A stretch of DNA of 61,426 nucleotides, the filler included, from an uncultured Methanosarcinales archaeon (lineage in GTDB: Archaea > Nanobdellota > Nanobdellia > Woesearchaeales > CAYZNE01), in the NCBI GenBank assembly GCA_964405295.1. It is 18 parts of 18 records of this genome, joined end to end, with 100 filler letters (N's around TTAATTAATTAA, not from the genome) between each part and the next. Parts side by side here need not be neighbours in the genome. Positions count along the whole stretch, not along the records: positions 42,017 to 45,191 come from CAYONI010000070.1; positions 45,292 to 48,466 come from CAYONI010000071.1; positions 48,567 to 51,723 come from CAYONI010000072.1; positions 51,824 to 54,978 come from CAYONI010000073.1; 14 more parts are not named here. One strand, given 5' to 3'. A program made the translations under genes and the position numbers. Of this stretch, positions 42,237-52,802 are shown one piece after another. Numbering within the stretch: the stretch's first letter is position 1; every line of letters starts with the position of its first letter. The notes under the pieces are model-generated. The model was not told where the DNA came from. It did not search any database and saw only the letters and a list, made by a program, of their open reading frames with translations.

Positions 42237-43694
42237 ATGGTAAATGTGTTTGAAATATTAGTTATTGTAGTTTTATTATTATCCTTAGTTAATCCTTTTC
42301 TTAAGAAGAAGATAAAAGAAAAATATGTTTTAATTTCAATATTGTTTTTTATTCTATTAGATTTATTAATTAATTCTTATCGTTGGGCAATGAGTTTAGT
42401 ATATGGTCTAGCTTTAATTCTAATAGTAATTAATTTATTTAAGTTAAAAAGTTCATCAGAAAAGGTTATAACAAAAAACCAAAAGATATTTAGAATAATT
42501 TTAACTATTATTGCAGTTCTAGTTCTAATTGCAGCAATAATTCTATTAGCTATGTTTCCCGTAGTTGATTTACCTAAGCCAACAGGTGAATATAATGTTG
42601 GAACAACTTATATGAATTTTAAAGATGATTCTCGTTTAGAAGTTTTAACTGACAATCCTGATGATTATAGAGAATTAGAAGCAAGAATATGGTATCCTAT
42701 AGATGATGTTTCATCGAATAAAGATGTTCTTTCATATAGGGAATCTTTTGAAAATTTTGGTTCTATTAATTACATGGGATCGTTTCCTTCATTTATATTT
42801 GGGCATTATAGATTGGCAAAAACAAATTCATACTTAGATGAACCTGTATCTAGTAAATTTGATTCTTATCCTGTTTTATTCTTTTCTACTGGATTTTTAT
42901 CAAGAAATGATGACTATCAATTATTTATGGAAGAATTAGCAAGTAATGGTTATATTGTCATATCTTTGAAACAATCCTATGAATCTCGCTCTGTTGTAAA
43001 ACCTAGTGGAGAGATTATTCCTTTCACTAAAGAACATGGTGATGGATATAAAAGGCATATAGATATAACCTTGCCTTTCTGGAAAAGATTCTGGGCTTCA
43101 AACAATACTGAAGAAAAAATAGCAATCTCTAAAGAAATCATCGAAAGCGACACTTTCATGGATGAAGTTTTAGATATTAGAACTAGTGACATACAATTCG
43201 TTGTTGATGAATTAGAGAAAATAGAATCTACTGAAATTTTATATGATAAATTAGATTTAGAGAATTTAGGAATTTTTGGACATTCTATGGGTGGAGCAGT
43301 TGCCGGACAAACTTGTTTTGTTGATAATAGATTCAAAGCAGGAATTAATTTAGACGGATTTCAATGGGGAGATGTAATGAGTGGAATTACTACCCAGCCT
43401 TTCATGATAGTATATAGTGAGCCATTTGCATATGCTAATGACTTTGTTCTAGATAATTATAATAATACTTTATATCAATTAGCAATTAAGGGAAGCACTC
43501 ATACAAATTTTGATGATAATATGATAGTCATGCCAATTACTAAAAAAATAGGAATGGTTGGCTCAATAGATAAGAATAGAATGCAAGAAATAAGTAATGA
43601 ATATATTGTATCTTTCTTTGATAGGTATCTTAAAAACGAAGATGTTTCATTCGCTGAGTTTGATGAAGTTGAGTTTGAAATTGTTCATTATTGA
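42237..43694 (+). CDS. Membrane-anchored PAF-acetylhydrolase-like alpha/beta hydrolase
   Basis: 4 TM, LPKPTG.Y.VG, LAS.GY.V, GHSMGG, NLDG and H.NF.D motifs; TTTATAAA about 25 nt upstream of the ATG. Confidence 0.88.
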   Translation: MVNVFEILVIVVLLLSLVNPFLKKKIKEKYVLISILFFILLDLLINSYRWAMSLVYGLALILIVINLFKLKSSSEKVITKNQKIFRIILTIIAVLVLIAAIILLAMFPVVDLPKPTGEYNVGTTYMNFKDDSRLEVLTDNPDDYRELEARIWYPIDDVSSNKDVLSYRESFENFGSINYMGSFPSFIFGHYRLAKTNSYLDEPVSSKFDSYPVLFFSTGFLSRNDDYQLFMEELASNGYIVISLKQSYESRSVVKPSGEIIPFTKEHGDGYKRHIDITLPFWKRFWASNNTEEKIAISKEIIESDTFMDEVLDIRTSDIQFVVDELEKIESTEILYDKLDLENLGIFGHSMGGAVAGQTCFVDNRFKAGINLDGFQWGDVMSGITTQPFMIVYSEPFAYANDFVLDNYNNTLYQLAIKGSTHTNFDDNMIVMPITKKIGMVGSIDKNRMQEISNEYIVSFFDRYLKNEDVSFAEFDEVEFEIVHY

Positions 43695-43748
43695 ACTATA
43701 AAAAGGATGATGGATAAATTTCTCCGAGATTCTTATAATAAGAATGAG

Positions 43749-43838
43749 CTTAAATGATGTCATTGACGATGGTCGCAGTGCAACTCTACGTCGGTGAGTG
43801 CATCAGTATCACTGCTACCATTTTGCTGTAACATCATT
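43749..43838. repeat. 90-bp structured repeat, copy 2
   Basis: Same as copy 1, offset by 1732 bp. Confidence 0.92.
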
Positions 43839-43927
43839 TGGTTTTTGGGATTATATTGCATTTTGTGGATAATTGTTTCTAATTATGTAAATAATCTTTG
43901 GTACATTTAGATTCAATTATACTTAAT

Positions 43928-45191
43928 TCATTTAAATAAATTAGATACCCAATCTTCTACTTTTTGAAAAAGATTGTATTGTTTCTCATAACTAAACTCT
44001 GCATCGGTATTTAAATCTTTTAAATTTCCTTTATAAGATAATCTTGTGACATATTTTGCATCACCTAAGTTTAGATGTTTGTTTAGTTTCTTTTTTAATT
44101 TTGAGTTTATCATTTTACTTTCTTCAACTTTTAATAGATCATTTTTATCACTAACAGGGTTATTTGTTAATACATAAACCTCAATAATACTCACACCTAA
44201 ATTTAGGCTAGAGATTTCTAATGGGTAATAAGGCTCTATTGGTTGAAACTCAAATTTTAGTGGTGTTGACATTCCTTTTTGTAGGTCTGTTATAACTTCA
44301 CATAGTCCAGCATATTTCTCATACCCTGTTTTAGTTTTTAAATAACATATAACATTATTTTTAGAAAGAGAGGATATTCCAGAATTAACAACCCTTAAAG
44401 ATGAAGTAACAGAACCATCTTTTTCTTTTAGTTCTTCAAGATTGCTTATTATATTTCTCAATTTTTTAAATTGACTTTCATGACTTGCAAATAATTCTTT
44501 CACAAAAAATAGTTTTTCTTGAGCAATATCAGATAAACTTTTTTCTTCTGCAATAGAACAAATTTTGTTAAGAAATTCATTTTTTTCTGTATTCCTATCA
44601 ACACAAGCCATATCTAAGTTCATATGATAGATATGAACATCTTTTTCATTATCATAAATACCTATTACATAGAAAGCCTTAACATTTTCTTCTTTCACTG
44701 CTCCTTTGAATATCAAAGCACCATACTCTTGCTCATCACCTATTGTTAAGATTCCATTATCTTGATATCTTTCTTTGTACTCTGGTAGAGTATAAATATA
44801 TAAAAGATTAAAGTAGTATTCAGCCTGAAGCAGTTTCTTATAACAATCTGTTTTTGCATATTCTCTATACCTATAATCCTCTTCTATTGGTGTTAGTTTA
44901 GTGTTTGTAGCTCTTTTTAAATCGTTATCAGTAACTCCCACTTCCTCTAAAAAGACATCAAGATCGCTGCAGGTTTGGTTAATTTGTTCAGATAATAATT
45001 CTTTTCTAGATTGTAAATCTGTTTTTTGTTCAGTAAGATTCTTTTTATATTTTTGTAGGTCTTCTTCTAATTCAGAAAGAACATTAGAAAATTTATTTGT
45101 CAAATCAATCTTGTTTGCAACAAAATAAAAGTTACTTTTTGCAACATATTTATCTAAAATTGGTTTTGCTTCTTCTGGAACTTTATAACCA
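43928..45191 (-). CDS. Hypothetical coiled-coil protein (5'-truncated)
   Basis: Long ORF open towards the contig edge; no recognisable motif. Confidence 0.55.
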
Positions 45192-45382
45192 NNNNNNNNN
45201 NNNNNNNNNNNNNNNNNNNNNNNNNNNNNNNNNNNTTAATTAATTAANNNNNNNNNNNNNNNNNNNNNNNNNNNNNNNNNNNNNNNNNNNNTCAACACAC
45301 TGAGAAAATTTAGAAAAGATGGGGGGTAAACGAGCGGACATGATAAGTTGACAGGTAGATATAGGAGGGATAGAGTAAGGGT

Positions 45383-45754
45383 ATGAGTAGACGAAACAGA
45401 GTTAAGGAATCGATAGACAAGTTATTTGAATCTGAGATCCGTGGGACACCGAGGTTTGCGAACATGAAGGAGGGGCAACTTGAGGAATTCCGCGGTGGAT
45501 TTTTAGACTTTGCTATAGTGAAGTTAGGGGCTGAGTTTGTACAGAGCGAGAATGTAGCGGAGCAGCTTATGATCCTGAAGGTATTACTGGATTACAGTGG
45601 CAACAAACCGAAGGTAGAGCACAGTGTATTATCGGTAGAGAATCCATATGAGGGAATGACAGAGTTAGAGATGGACATAGAGGAGAGGAGGTTATTAGGT
45701 GAACCGATCGGAACAACTAGCGAGACTGAGGAAGCTGAAGGTACAGAGGTGTAA
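45383..45754 (+). CDS. Phage hypothetical protein, possible small terminase
   Basis: Position upstream of terL; RBS present. Confidence 0.45.
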   Translation: MSRRNRVKESIDKLFESEIRGTPRFANMKEGQLEEFRGGFLDFAIVKLGAEFVQSENVAEQLMILKVLLDYSGNKPKVEHSVLSVENPYEGMTELEMDIEERRLLGEPIGTTSETEEAEGTEV

Positions 45755-47168
45755 GGAAAACTTCTGGGCATTTTGCAAGACGATATCGCCTGACTTTTAC
45801 GATGATGAAAGGCCACATCTTAAATTATTATGTGACACATTACAGGCATTTTACGAGGACAGGATCATACGGAATCCTGAAGACAAGGAGTGGAGGATAG
45901 TACCGTTTCCAATTTTTGGTGTCGAGGTCTGCGACCTATTATTTATAGAGATGCCTCCGAGGTTTGGGAAGACGAGGACTATTACGTTATGGTGTGCATG
46001 GATTTTAGGGAAGGACAATGGGTTTAAGTTCATGTATACTTCTTACAACGATGATGCAGCTGCAGACACTTCTAGGTTTGTACGTCAGTGCATCGACCAG
46101 GATAAGACAGATATAGGGAGCTTCATCTACTCCGATATATTCAATGCGAGTCTTCAGGTAGACAACAAGGCTATTAACAAGTGGGCTCTCAAGGGGCAGT
46201 ACTTCAACTTCATTGCTGCAGGGAAGGGAGGATCTGTTACAGGTAAGGGTTGTAATGCTCTTATTGTGGATGATCCTGTTAAGAATGCAGAGGAAGCACT
46301 CAACGATAACGAGAGTGAGAAGACCTGGAATTGGTATCGAGATACACTTATGTCCCGAGTAGAGGAGAAGGGTAAGATCTTGATCAACCACACACGCTGG
46401 CCACGTAAGGATCTTATTCAAAGACTCCTGGATAAATACGAGAAGGACACACGAAAACCTTACTACGAGCTTATCATGAAAGCATGGGATGGAGAGAAGA
46501 TCCTTTGCCCTGCCCTCATGTCTATGTCTACATACCTAGAGAAAGAGCGACTATTAGGTGATGAAGTCTTCCAGGCTAACTATAATCAGAACGTTTCAGA
46601 TCAGAAGGGTAGGATGTATCACAAGTTTCTCATTCAACACAAGGCTTTAGACGAGGAATCTGTAGGATATGTTGCTGCTTATTGCGACTATGCCGATGCT
46701 GGAACGGACTATATGGCTCTTATTATAGGTGCTGTTGTTGCTGGAGAGGAACATTCTATGTTCTTTGTCAAGGATGTTTTGTACACACAGACCGGGGTAG
46801 ATGAATATATAGACGAGTTCGTTACGATGCTCATTGATTATCACGTTGACTTTTTACGTGTCGAGTCTAATAATGGAGGAAAGGGCTTTGCTCAAAATGT
46901 AGAGGAGAAACTTTACAAGAGAGGTGGTGAGGCTGAGGTTGTTGCAGAGTACAACACTTCAAATAAAGAGACGAGGATCAGAACAGGAGCTAACCTTGTA
47001 CAATCTATCATGGTATATCCACCAGATTGGAAGGAACGGTGGCCTGAGTTCTCTGAACATGTTATTCAATTCCAAAGGGTAGGCAAGAACAAGTTTGATG
47101 ATGGTCCAGATGTTCTTACAATGGCTGCCGAAGACCTAGAGTATGGAGGTGTTATGATTTATGGCTAA
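45699..47168 (+). CDS. terL: Phage terminase large subunit
   Basis: MPPRFGKT, G.GGSVTG.G, IVDDPVK, TRW, ESNNGG, NKETRI and DD.PD motifs. Confidence 0.92.
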   Translation: MNRSEQLARLRKLKVQRCKENFWAFCKTISPDFYDDERPHLKLLCDTLQAFYEDRIIRNPEDKEWRIVPFPIFGVEVCDLLFIEMPPRFGKTRTITLWCAWILGKDNGFKFMYTSYNDDAAADTSRFVRQCIDQDKTDIGSFIYSDIFNASLQVDNKAINKWALKGQYFNFIAAGKGGSVTGKGCNALIVDDPVKNAEEALNDNESEKTWNWYRDTLMSRVEEKGKILINHTRWPRKDLIQRLLDKYEKDTRKPYYELIMKAWDGEKILCPALMSMSTYLEKERLLGDEVFQANYNQNVSDQKGRMYHKFLIQHKALDEESVGYVAAYCDYADAGTDYMALIIGAVVAGEEHSMFFVKDVLYTQTGVDEYIDEFVTMLIDYHVDFLRVESNNGGKGFAQNVEEKLYKRGGEAEVVAEYNTSNKETRIRTGANLVQSIMVYPPDWKERWPEFSEHVIQFQRVGKNKFDDGPDVLTMAAEDLEYGGVMIYG

Positions 47169-48345
47169 AAGAAGAAGGTTATTCGGTAGAAAAGGGATTG
47201 AGGCATTAGATGAAAGAGCTAAGATGGTTGCTGATGTAGATCCTTTTGATTTATCTACTCCTTTCCAGGGGGATCTTAATCAAGGTGGTATCAAAAACAA
47301 CGTATGGGTGAACATTTGTGTAGAGGTACTGTCTCGCTGTGTGCTTAGAGCTGATTATATCCTATCAGTTAACGGAGTCGAAGGCCCTACACCTTTCGAT
47401 ATCATCTTTGACAATTCAGGGGGTAACTCTCCAGCTAATACGACTTTCCAGAAGACAGCTATGTGGTATCACTGGGAAGGAGAGTTCTTTTGGTATTGGG
47501 AGTCAGGTTACAGGATCCCGGAAGAGGTTACTGTCCTAGATCCTAGACGATGTTTCCATTCAATTGATGGACATGGTAAAGTATCCTACTTTTTCGATGA
47601 TTTACATGGACATATGATCCCACTAACGGACCAAAACTCCCTTCATGTCATGAAACCTAACATCTACAACCCCTATCGTGGGGTCTTTCCTTTGTATTCT
47701 GTGGGAACAACGGTACTCAAACAGGACTCTCTCATCAATTCAGGCAATGTAGATGCCCTCAAGAACGGTGCAAACCCTGATGTTGTGCTGAAACATAAGC
47801 TACGAATCACAGAAAAGCAAGCAAAGGATGCTGTTCAGTACTGGAATAATGCCTATGGTAGGCAGAATGGAGGCTCAAGAGTAGCTGTTCTTGGTAGTAA
47901 TACTGATGTTATCCAGTTAAACCTGGACCTTATCAAGTATATGGAGCTATTAGATTGGAATAGAACCACGATCCTTGCAACATATGGTGTTCCTCTCAAG
48001 GTTGCGAACGCTGAGACAGGTAAGACTGCTTTGTCTGGTAAAGATTCTAACGAACAGTACCGGGCTCTCTTCAGTCAGACAGTGATCCCTACTTTAGAGT
48101 TTTGGGCTGGAGAAATTAACAGACAGTTCTTTGCACGACTCGGACACCCCAAGATCTCAGGGAAGTTTAGCCTAGCGAAGGTTGCCGAACTCCAGGAAGA
48201 TGAAAACAAGTTATCTGAACGAGAGAATGCAGATATAACAGTCGGAAAGGTAACGATTAACGAAGTAAGAGCAAGACATGGCCTAGATTCTGTGGCTTGG
48301 GGTGACTTACCACCAACAAAAAGTACCAATGGAGGTAAAGAATGA
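47161..48345 (+). CDS. Phage portal protein
   Basis: Follows terL; NP...RG..P, NGA.P, I...YGVP and TINEVR...GL motifs. Confidence 0.85.
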   Translation: MAKRRRLFGRKGIEALDERAKMVADVDPFDLSTPFQGDLNQGGIKNNVWVNICVEVLSRCVLRADYILSVNGVEGPTPFDIIFDNSGGNSPANTTFQKTAMWYHWEGEFFWYWESGYRIPEEVTVLDPRRCFHSIDGHGKVSYFFDDLHGHMIPLTDQNSLHVMKPNIYNPYRGVFPLYSVGTTVLKQDSLINSGNVDALKNGANPDVVLKHKLRITEKQAKDAVQYWNNAYGRQNGGSRVAVLGSNTDVIQLNLDLIKYMELLDWNRTTILATYGVPLKVANAETGKTALSGKDSNEQYRALFSQTVIPTLEFWAGEINRQFFARLGHPKISGKFSLAKVAELQEDENKLSERENADITVGKVTINEVRARHGLDSVAWGDLPPTKSTNGGKE

Positions 48346-48466
48346 TAGTTAAAATGCTTAAACATGCGAACAAACCAGTGTATGATATCAATGGAAGAGA
48401 GGAAGGAAGACGATTCTTTAAGGATATATCTAAGGATGGAGCTATCATCGACACCATTCAGGTAGA
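48342..48466 (+). CDS. Next head-module gene, N-terminal fragment
   Basis: ATGA overlap with the portal stop; GGAGG RBS; open to the edge. Confidence 0.5.
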
Positions 48467-48566
48467 NNNNNNNNNNNNNNNNNNNNNNNNNNNNNNNNNN
48501 NNNNNNNNNNTTAATTAATTAANNNNNNNNNNNNNNNNNNNNNNNNNNNNNNNNNNNNNNNNNNNN

Positions 48567-51500
48567 AATATTATCTGCCCAAGCCCAACCTTCCAATTCG
48601 CCTGTTCCAGAATTGTAACTAGCTACAGAGGATCCAGTGTCACTATTATTAAAAGAAAGCCAGCCAATATTATCAGACCAAGCATAACCCCCTACGTTTG
48701 CTCCGTATTCATCTTTTGGTAAAGCAGTTGTAAAATAGTCTGTTCCATCGCTCCACGAACCTTCGCTTTCACTATTATCCCAAAACTTCCATCTCTGATA
48801 ATACTTTTCTTGATTAAGATCCAAAGATGATCCACTGTAAATTACATTCAAACGATCTCCTTCATTAACTGAACAAGCTTTTTGGGTACTATCCCAGAAA
48901 GGAGAAGCCCAGCTTCCTCCATCGGCGATAATCTGTACTTCATAAAAAGAAGCAACGTCTGAAGCATCTGCATCGTCATATTCTGCACTAAGAGTTGGGC
49001 CAGAAGTTGTTACGTCCGTCGGATTAATGCCATCGTTCGCATAAATATTAAGAGGGATCATGGGCCAAGCGGTTACGAAGTAGTCTGTTCCATCGCTCCA
49101 CGAACCTTCGCTTTCACTACTATCCCAAAATTTCCATCTCTGATAATACGTTTCTTGATCAAAATCCAAAGATGATCCACTGTAAATTACATTCAAACGA
49201 TCTCCTTCATTAACTGAACAAGCTTTTTGGGTACTATCCCAGAAAGGAGAAGCCCAGCTTCCTCCATCGGCGATAATCTGTACTTCATAAAAAGAAGCAA
49301 CGTCTAAAGCATTTGCATTGTCATGTTCTGCGCTAAGAGTTGGACCAGAAGTTCTTACATCCGTCGGATTAATGACATCATTCGTATAAATATTAAGAGG
49401 AGCTCCAGTATTTTCTTCATTTATAGTAATTGTTGGTTCAAGAGAAGTATATTTGCGAACAAGCCAATCATCCATGTAACAGTACCCACCGTAATGGTCA
49501 AAACCGATTGTAAGGTTTGTCTCTGTTCTTGCAGATGTTTCAGCCACTAGTGTCCAGGTTTCGGTGGTGGTTAATTTATAATAATACTTTGCGCCAGCTG
49601 TTTTTAATACGATTTTCACATCATACCAAACACCGTCTGTGAAGGAATGCGCTGTTGCAGTCCCCGCTCCATTCTCATAATAATAAATTGTATTAGCATC
49701 AGGCACATAGAGTGCATGTGGCATGGTGCCGTAAGATGTACCAGTAGAGGTTTGCCAGCCAAACATTGTGTTTTGATAAGCGGTGCCCGTCTTCATTCTT
49801 CCCTGGAATGTTAAGCCATCAATTCTTGCAAAAGTCTCGTTAGAGTAGAAGTAGTGCGTTCCCCACGCATTCGTGGAGAGACCTGTCGTAAGGTATTCAT
49901 TTTGAGAATGCGGACCGCCACTATATCTGAATTTTATTCCATCTATTGTTGCCCCGGCAAAATCATCAAAAAACTCGAAGGTATTGTCGCCATTAGAAAT
50001 TGATTCTGCACTTGGATTCCCATAATACATATAAATTGTTTTTGTCGAAGAAGCAAGAATAGAAGGAACTTCTACCCAAAAAGTCCCGTCTTGCTCCATC
50101 CAATAATCTAAAAGGGTGCTCCCGTCAGAATCAGTAAACCTGATATCTCCATAGTCTGGGCGAACATCAGAAGCATTATATTGAGCTTGAATTTCCGGAA
50201 GAGAAAGAGCCCTATTATAAATACGGACTTCGTCAATTGTGCCATTGAAAGGATAATTAACTCCCTTATCATAACAACCTATGACTATATCATTTGTTCC
50301 CGAGACCATACTATTATTAATAGCATCTACAGTCCCGCTAGCCCATTCTTCGCCGTCAATATAAATTTTACCATTAGTGCCTTCAATAACTCCAACAATA
50401 TGATGCCACTGACTATTCGTAGGATATGCTGGAGAGTGAGCCGAGGTAATTACAGAATTTGCGTTTCCTCCGCCCCTTAAGTAAATACCACTTGTAGAGT
50501 TAAAAAATAGTTCCCATTGAGCGTTGACAGGCATTTTTGAAACTATAAATCCGCTCTGCACGAAATTAGTCGAATAAACCCAAGCACTCATTGTTATGTT
50601 AGTTGGTACGCTAATAGGATTTGAATATACATAATCATTTCCCCCATCAAAACTTAAAGCTGGACCATATTTCCCTGTTATTTCAGAAGCTCCGTTAATT
50701 TCTCCTGTATTGCTATTCCCCGAGTTATCATCTGTTGTTGGCAATCTTGTTCCAACCACAAAGAGCGTAGCATGATCTTTAGCCTCCATTTGAGGAGCAG
50801 AGATCTGTAAATACTTCCCGCTAGCCAAACCAGTCCAATGGAAGCTAAGAGAGTCGCAATCATTCGGATTATCTGTAATAATTGGATTCCAAACAACTCT
50901 TTTCCAGCCGTCGCTTGGATTTACGGTTACATAATTTGTCCATTTTCGGCCACTTTCGCTATTATTTCCCGTATAAGCTGAGATAGAAATAGTATCTTCG
51001 GTCTTGACCCATAAAGAAATAGTATAAGTCGTGCCATCTGCTTGCGGAGTATAATCTCCATAACTGTACCAATAGCCAGTGCCATCCGTGTTAGCATCTG
51101 TAAATTTAGCTACATTAGCAGTCGTTGGTCCAGAATAATTATAAGAGATATTAGAATTATATGCCTTGCTCCAGCTAGCGGCGCTTAGATCAGTATTGGT
51201 AACAACATTTGTCGTCCCTTCGTTAATTTCATTCATATGCCAACTCCCTACTAATCCATCTTCGTCATAAAGAACATCACTTGTGTCCACTTCGACCTGA
51301 TAATTAGTCAGGGCGTTAATATTGCCAGTGTTGTCAATAGCAATAGGTCGTCGATGAGCCCAGCTCTCATTATACCAAGCAGCTTCCGCTTTCTGAGAAG
51401 AAAAGGGATAAGGGATAAAACTAAAAATTAAAGTAAAAATGACTACTCCCGCTAAGAGGCGACTAGTCGATTTCCGATTGTTAAAAAAGATAGTTAACAT
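48567..51500 (-). CDS. Large secreted DUF2341 + LamG surface protein, CPR-like (3'-truncated)
   Basis: Signal peptide; W...W..R.PI.I, DIRFTD, IYMYYGN and FEFFDDF (DUF2341); F.GTIDEVRIYNRALS (LamG); GYAWS.NIGW (common in CPR surface proteins). Confidence 0.85.
48736..49400. repeat. Recent intragenic tandem duplication with a 345-bp (115-aa) period
   Basis: 48736-49055 and 49081-49400 are near-identical at DNA level. Confidence 0.9.
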
Positions 51501-51644
51501 AACTTATTTAATATTAAAAAGGTAATATCTCTAAGAAATTATAACATCCTCTTTCTATAAATAAAAGCAAAAACAAAAAAGGGATTATTTTTAAAAGCCA
51601 ATTAACTTGCAAAAACTTCCCCTTTGTTCTATATTAAATCACAT

Positions 51645-51723
51645 ATGGATAAAGCAAACATTCTTAAAGAAACACAAGAAATAATTCAACCAATCTCCCG
51701 GGGAGATTTAGTCGAGGGAATAG
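51645..51723 (+). CDS. Probable 30S ribosomal protein S1, N-terminal fragment
   Basis: MDKANILKETQEIIQPISRGDLVEGI; GD.VEG is the start of an S1 domain; very short. Confidence 0.45.
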
Positions 51724-51882
51724 NNNNNNNNNNNNNNNNNNNNNNNNNNNNNNNNNNNNNNNNNNNNTTAATTAATTAANNNNNNNNNNNNNNNNNNNNN
51801 NNNNNNNNNNNNNNNNNNNNNNNTTAGTTGTCTTTTTAAAATGAGTATAACTATTTATTAAGGGAAAGGTATTGGTTAAACT

Positions 51883-52122
51883 ATGACAATGGGAAAATAT
51901 ACAGAAGATATTAATTTTGTAATTAGAGATATAGATAGTGGAATTGTTAAAGAAGAATTTAGATCCCCAACTGCTGCAAAACAATATTTAAGAGGGATGC
52001 CTTTTGGACTTGCACAATACTATGAGATATATGATGTTAAAAACAATGAAGTTATTATGCAGGTGGAGAAGAGTTTAAACAATCGTGGTTATAAAGATAT
52101 AAGGGAGGTTAAACACAAATGA
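51883..52122 (+). CDS. Hypothetical protein (archaeal virus/plasmid)
   Basis: TATA-like TATTTATTAA about 22 nt upstream; ATGA overlap with the next gene. Confidence 0.6.
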   Translation: MTMGKYTEDINFVIRDIDSGIVKEEFRSPTAAKQYLRGMPFGLAQYYEIYDVKNNEVIMQVEKSLNNRGYKDIREVKHK

Positions 52123-52493
52123 ACGAAGAACAATTATTTAATAAACCAGTTGGAAATAAAGAGATTGAAAGACTAGGTCCTAAACCTGTGGTTGTTGATA
52201 CAGCAAGAATAGAAGAGAAAGGAACAAATAAAACTCCACTCTTAATCTTATCTGTTAAACACCCAGATCAAGAGGAAACACTAGACTTATCTAAAGCCCA
52301 ATTTATTGAGGGAACTAATGTTAAAACTGTAGGTCTTTGGATTAGCCAAGACGCAGATGAAAATATTCAGAAAGGATCTGCAGTTGCAAAACTTATGGCC
52401 TTTTATAACATTACTCAACTAGTTGAATTAAAAGATATTACTTTGCAAACTATTTTAGATGACAAGAAATATCTTTGCATAAAAGCATACTAA
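52119..52493 (+). CDS. Hypothetical protein, possibly an OB-fold ssDNA-binding protein
   Basis: Beta-rich, with GS..AKL...Y.I....EL....L....D.K.YL.IKAY pattern; lies in the replication module. Confidence 0.45.
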   Translation: MNEEQLFNKPVGNKEIERLGPKPVVVDTARIEEKGTNKTPLLILSVKHPDQEETLDLSKAQFIEGTNVKTVGLWISQDADENIQKGSAVAKLMAFYNITQLVELKDITLQTILDDKKYLCIKAY

Positions 52494-52574
52494 ATCCTGG
52501 GTAACAAGGAGATTTTTTTTTATTATTTTTAAGTTACAATCAATGTTTAAATACAAGTTAAAATTAAAGAAACT

Positions 52575-52802
52575 ATGGAACAAGAAAAAAGGAACAAGGA
52601 AAAAGCAGAATATTTTTTATTCAATGATATTAAAGCATTTATAAAAGATAAAGATAATAATTTTTATTTCTGTGATATTTTGGTTGTTGGAGAAACTCAT
52701 TTATATATTCATAATTTTGCAGGAAAAAGAGTTGGAGAGAAACAACAATTGCTTTGGATTGATATTGATCTAATTAAAGAATATAAGGAGAGAAAAGAAT
52801 AA
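52575..52802 (+). CDS. Small hypothetical protein
   Basis: TTTAAATA box upstream; stop overlaps the helicase start. Confidence 0.6.
   Translation: MEQEKRNKEKAEYFLFNDIKAFIKDKDNNFYFCDILVVGETHLYIHNFAGKRVGEKQQLLWIDIDLIKEYKERKE

Noticed and set aside
45383..48466. Novelty in the terminase-portal module
   Set aside because: Ordinary tailed-phage packaging order; no intein, intron or recoding signal seen.
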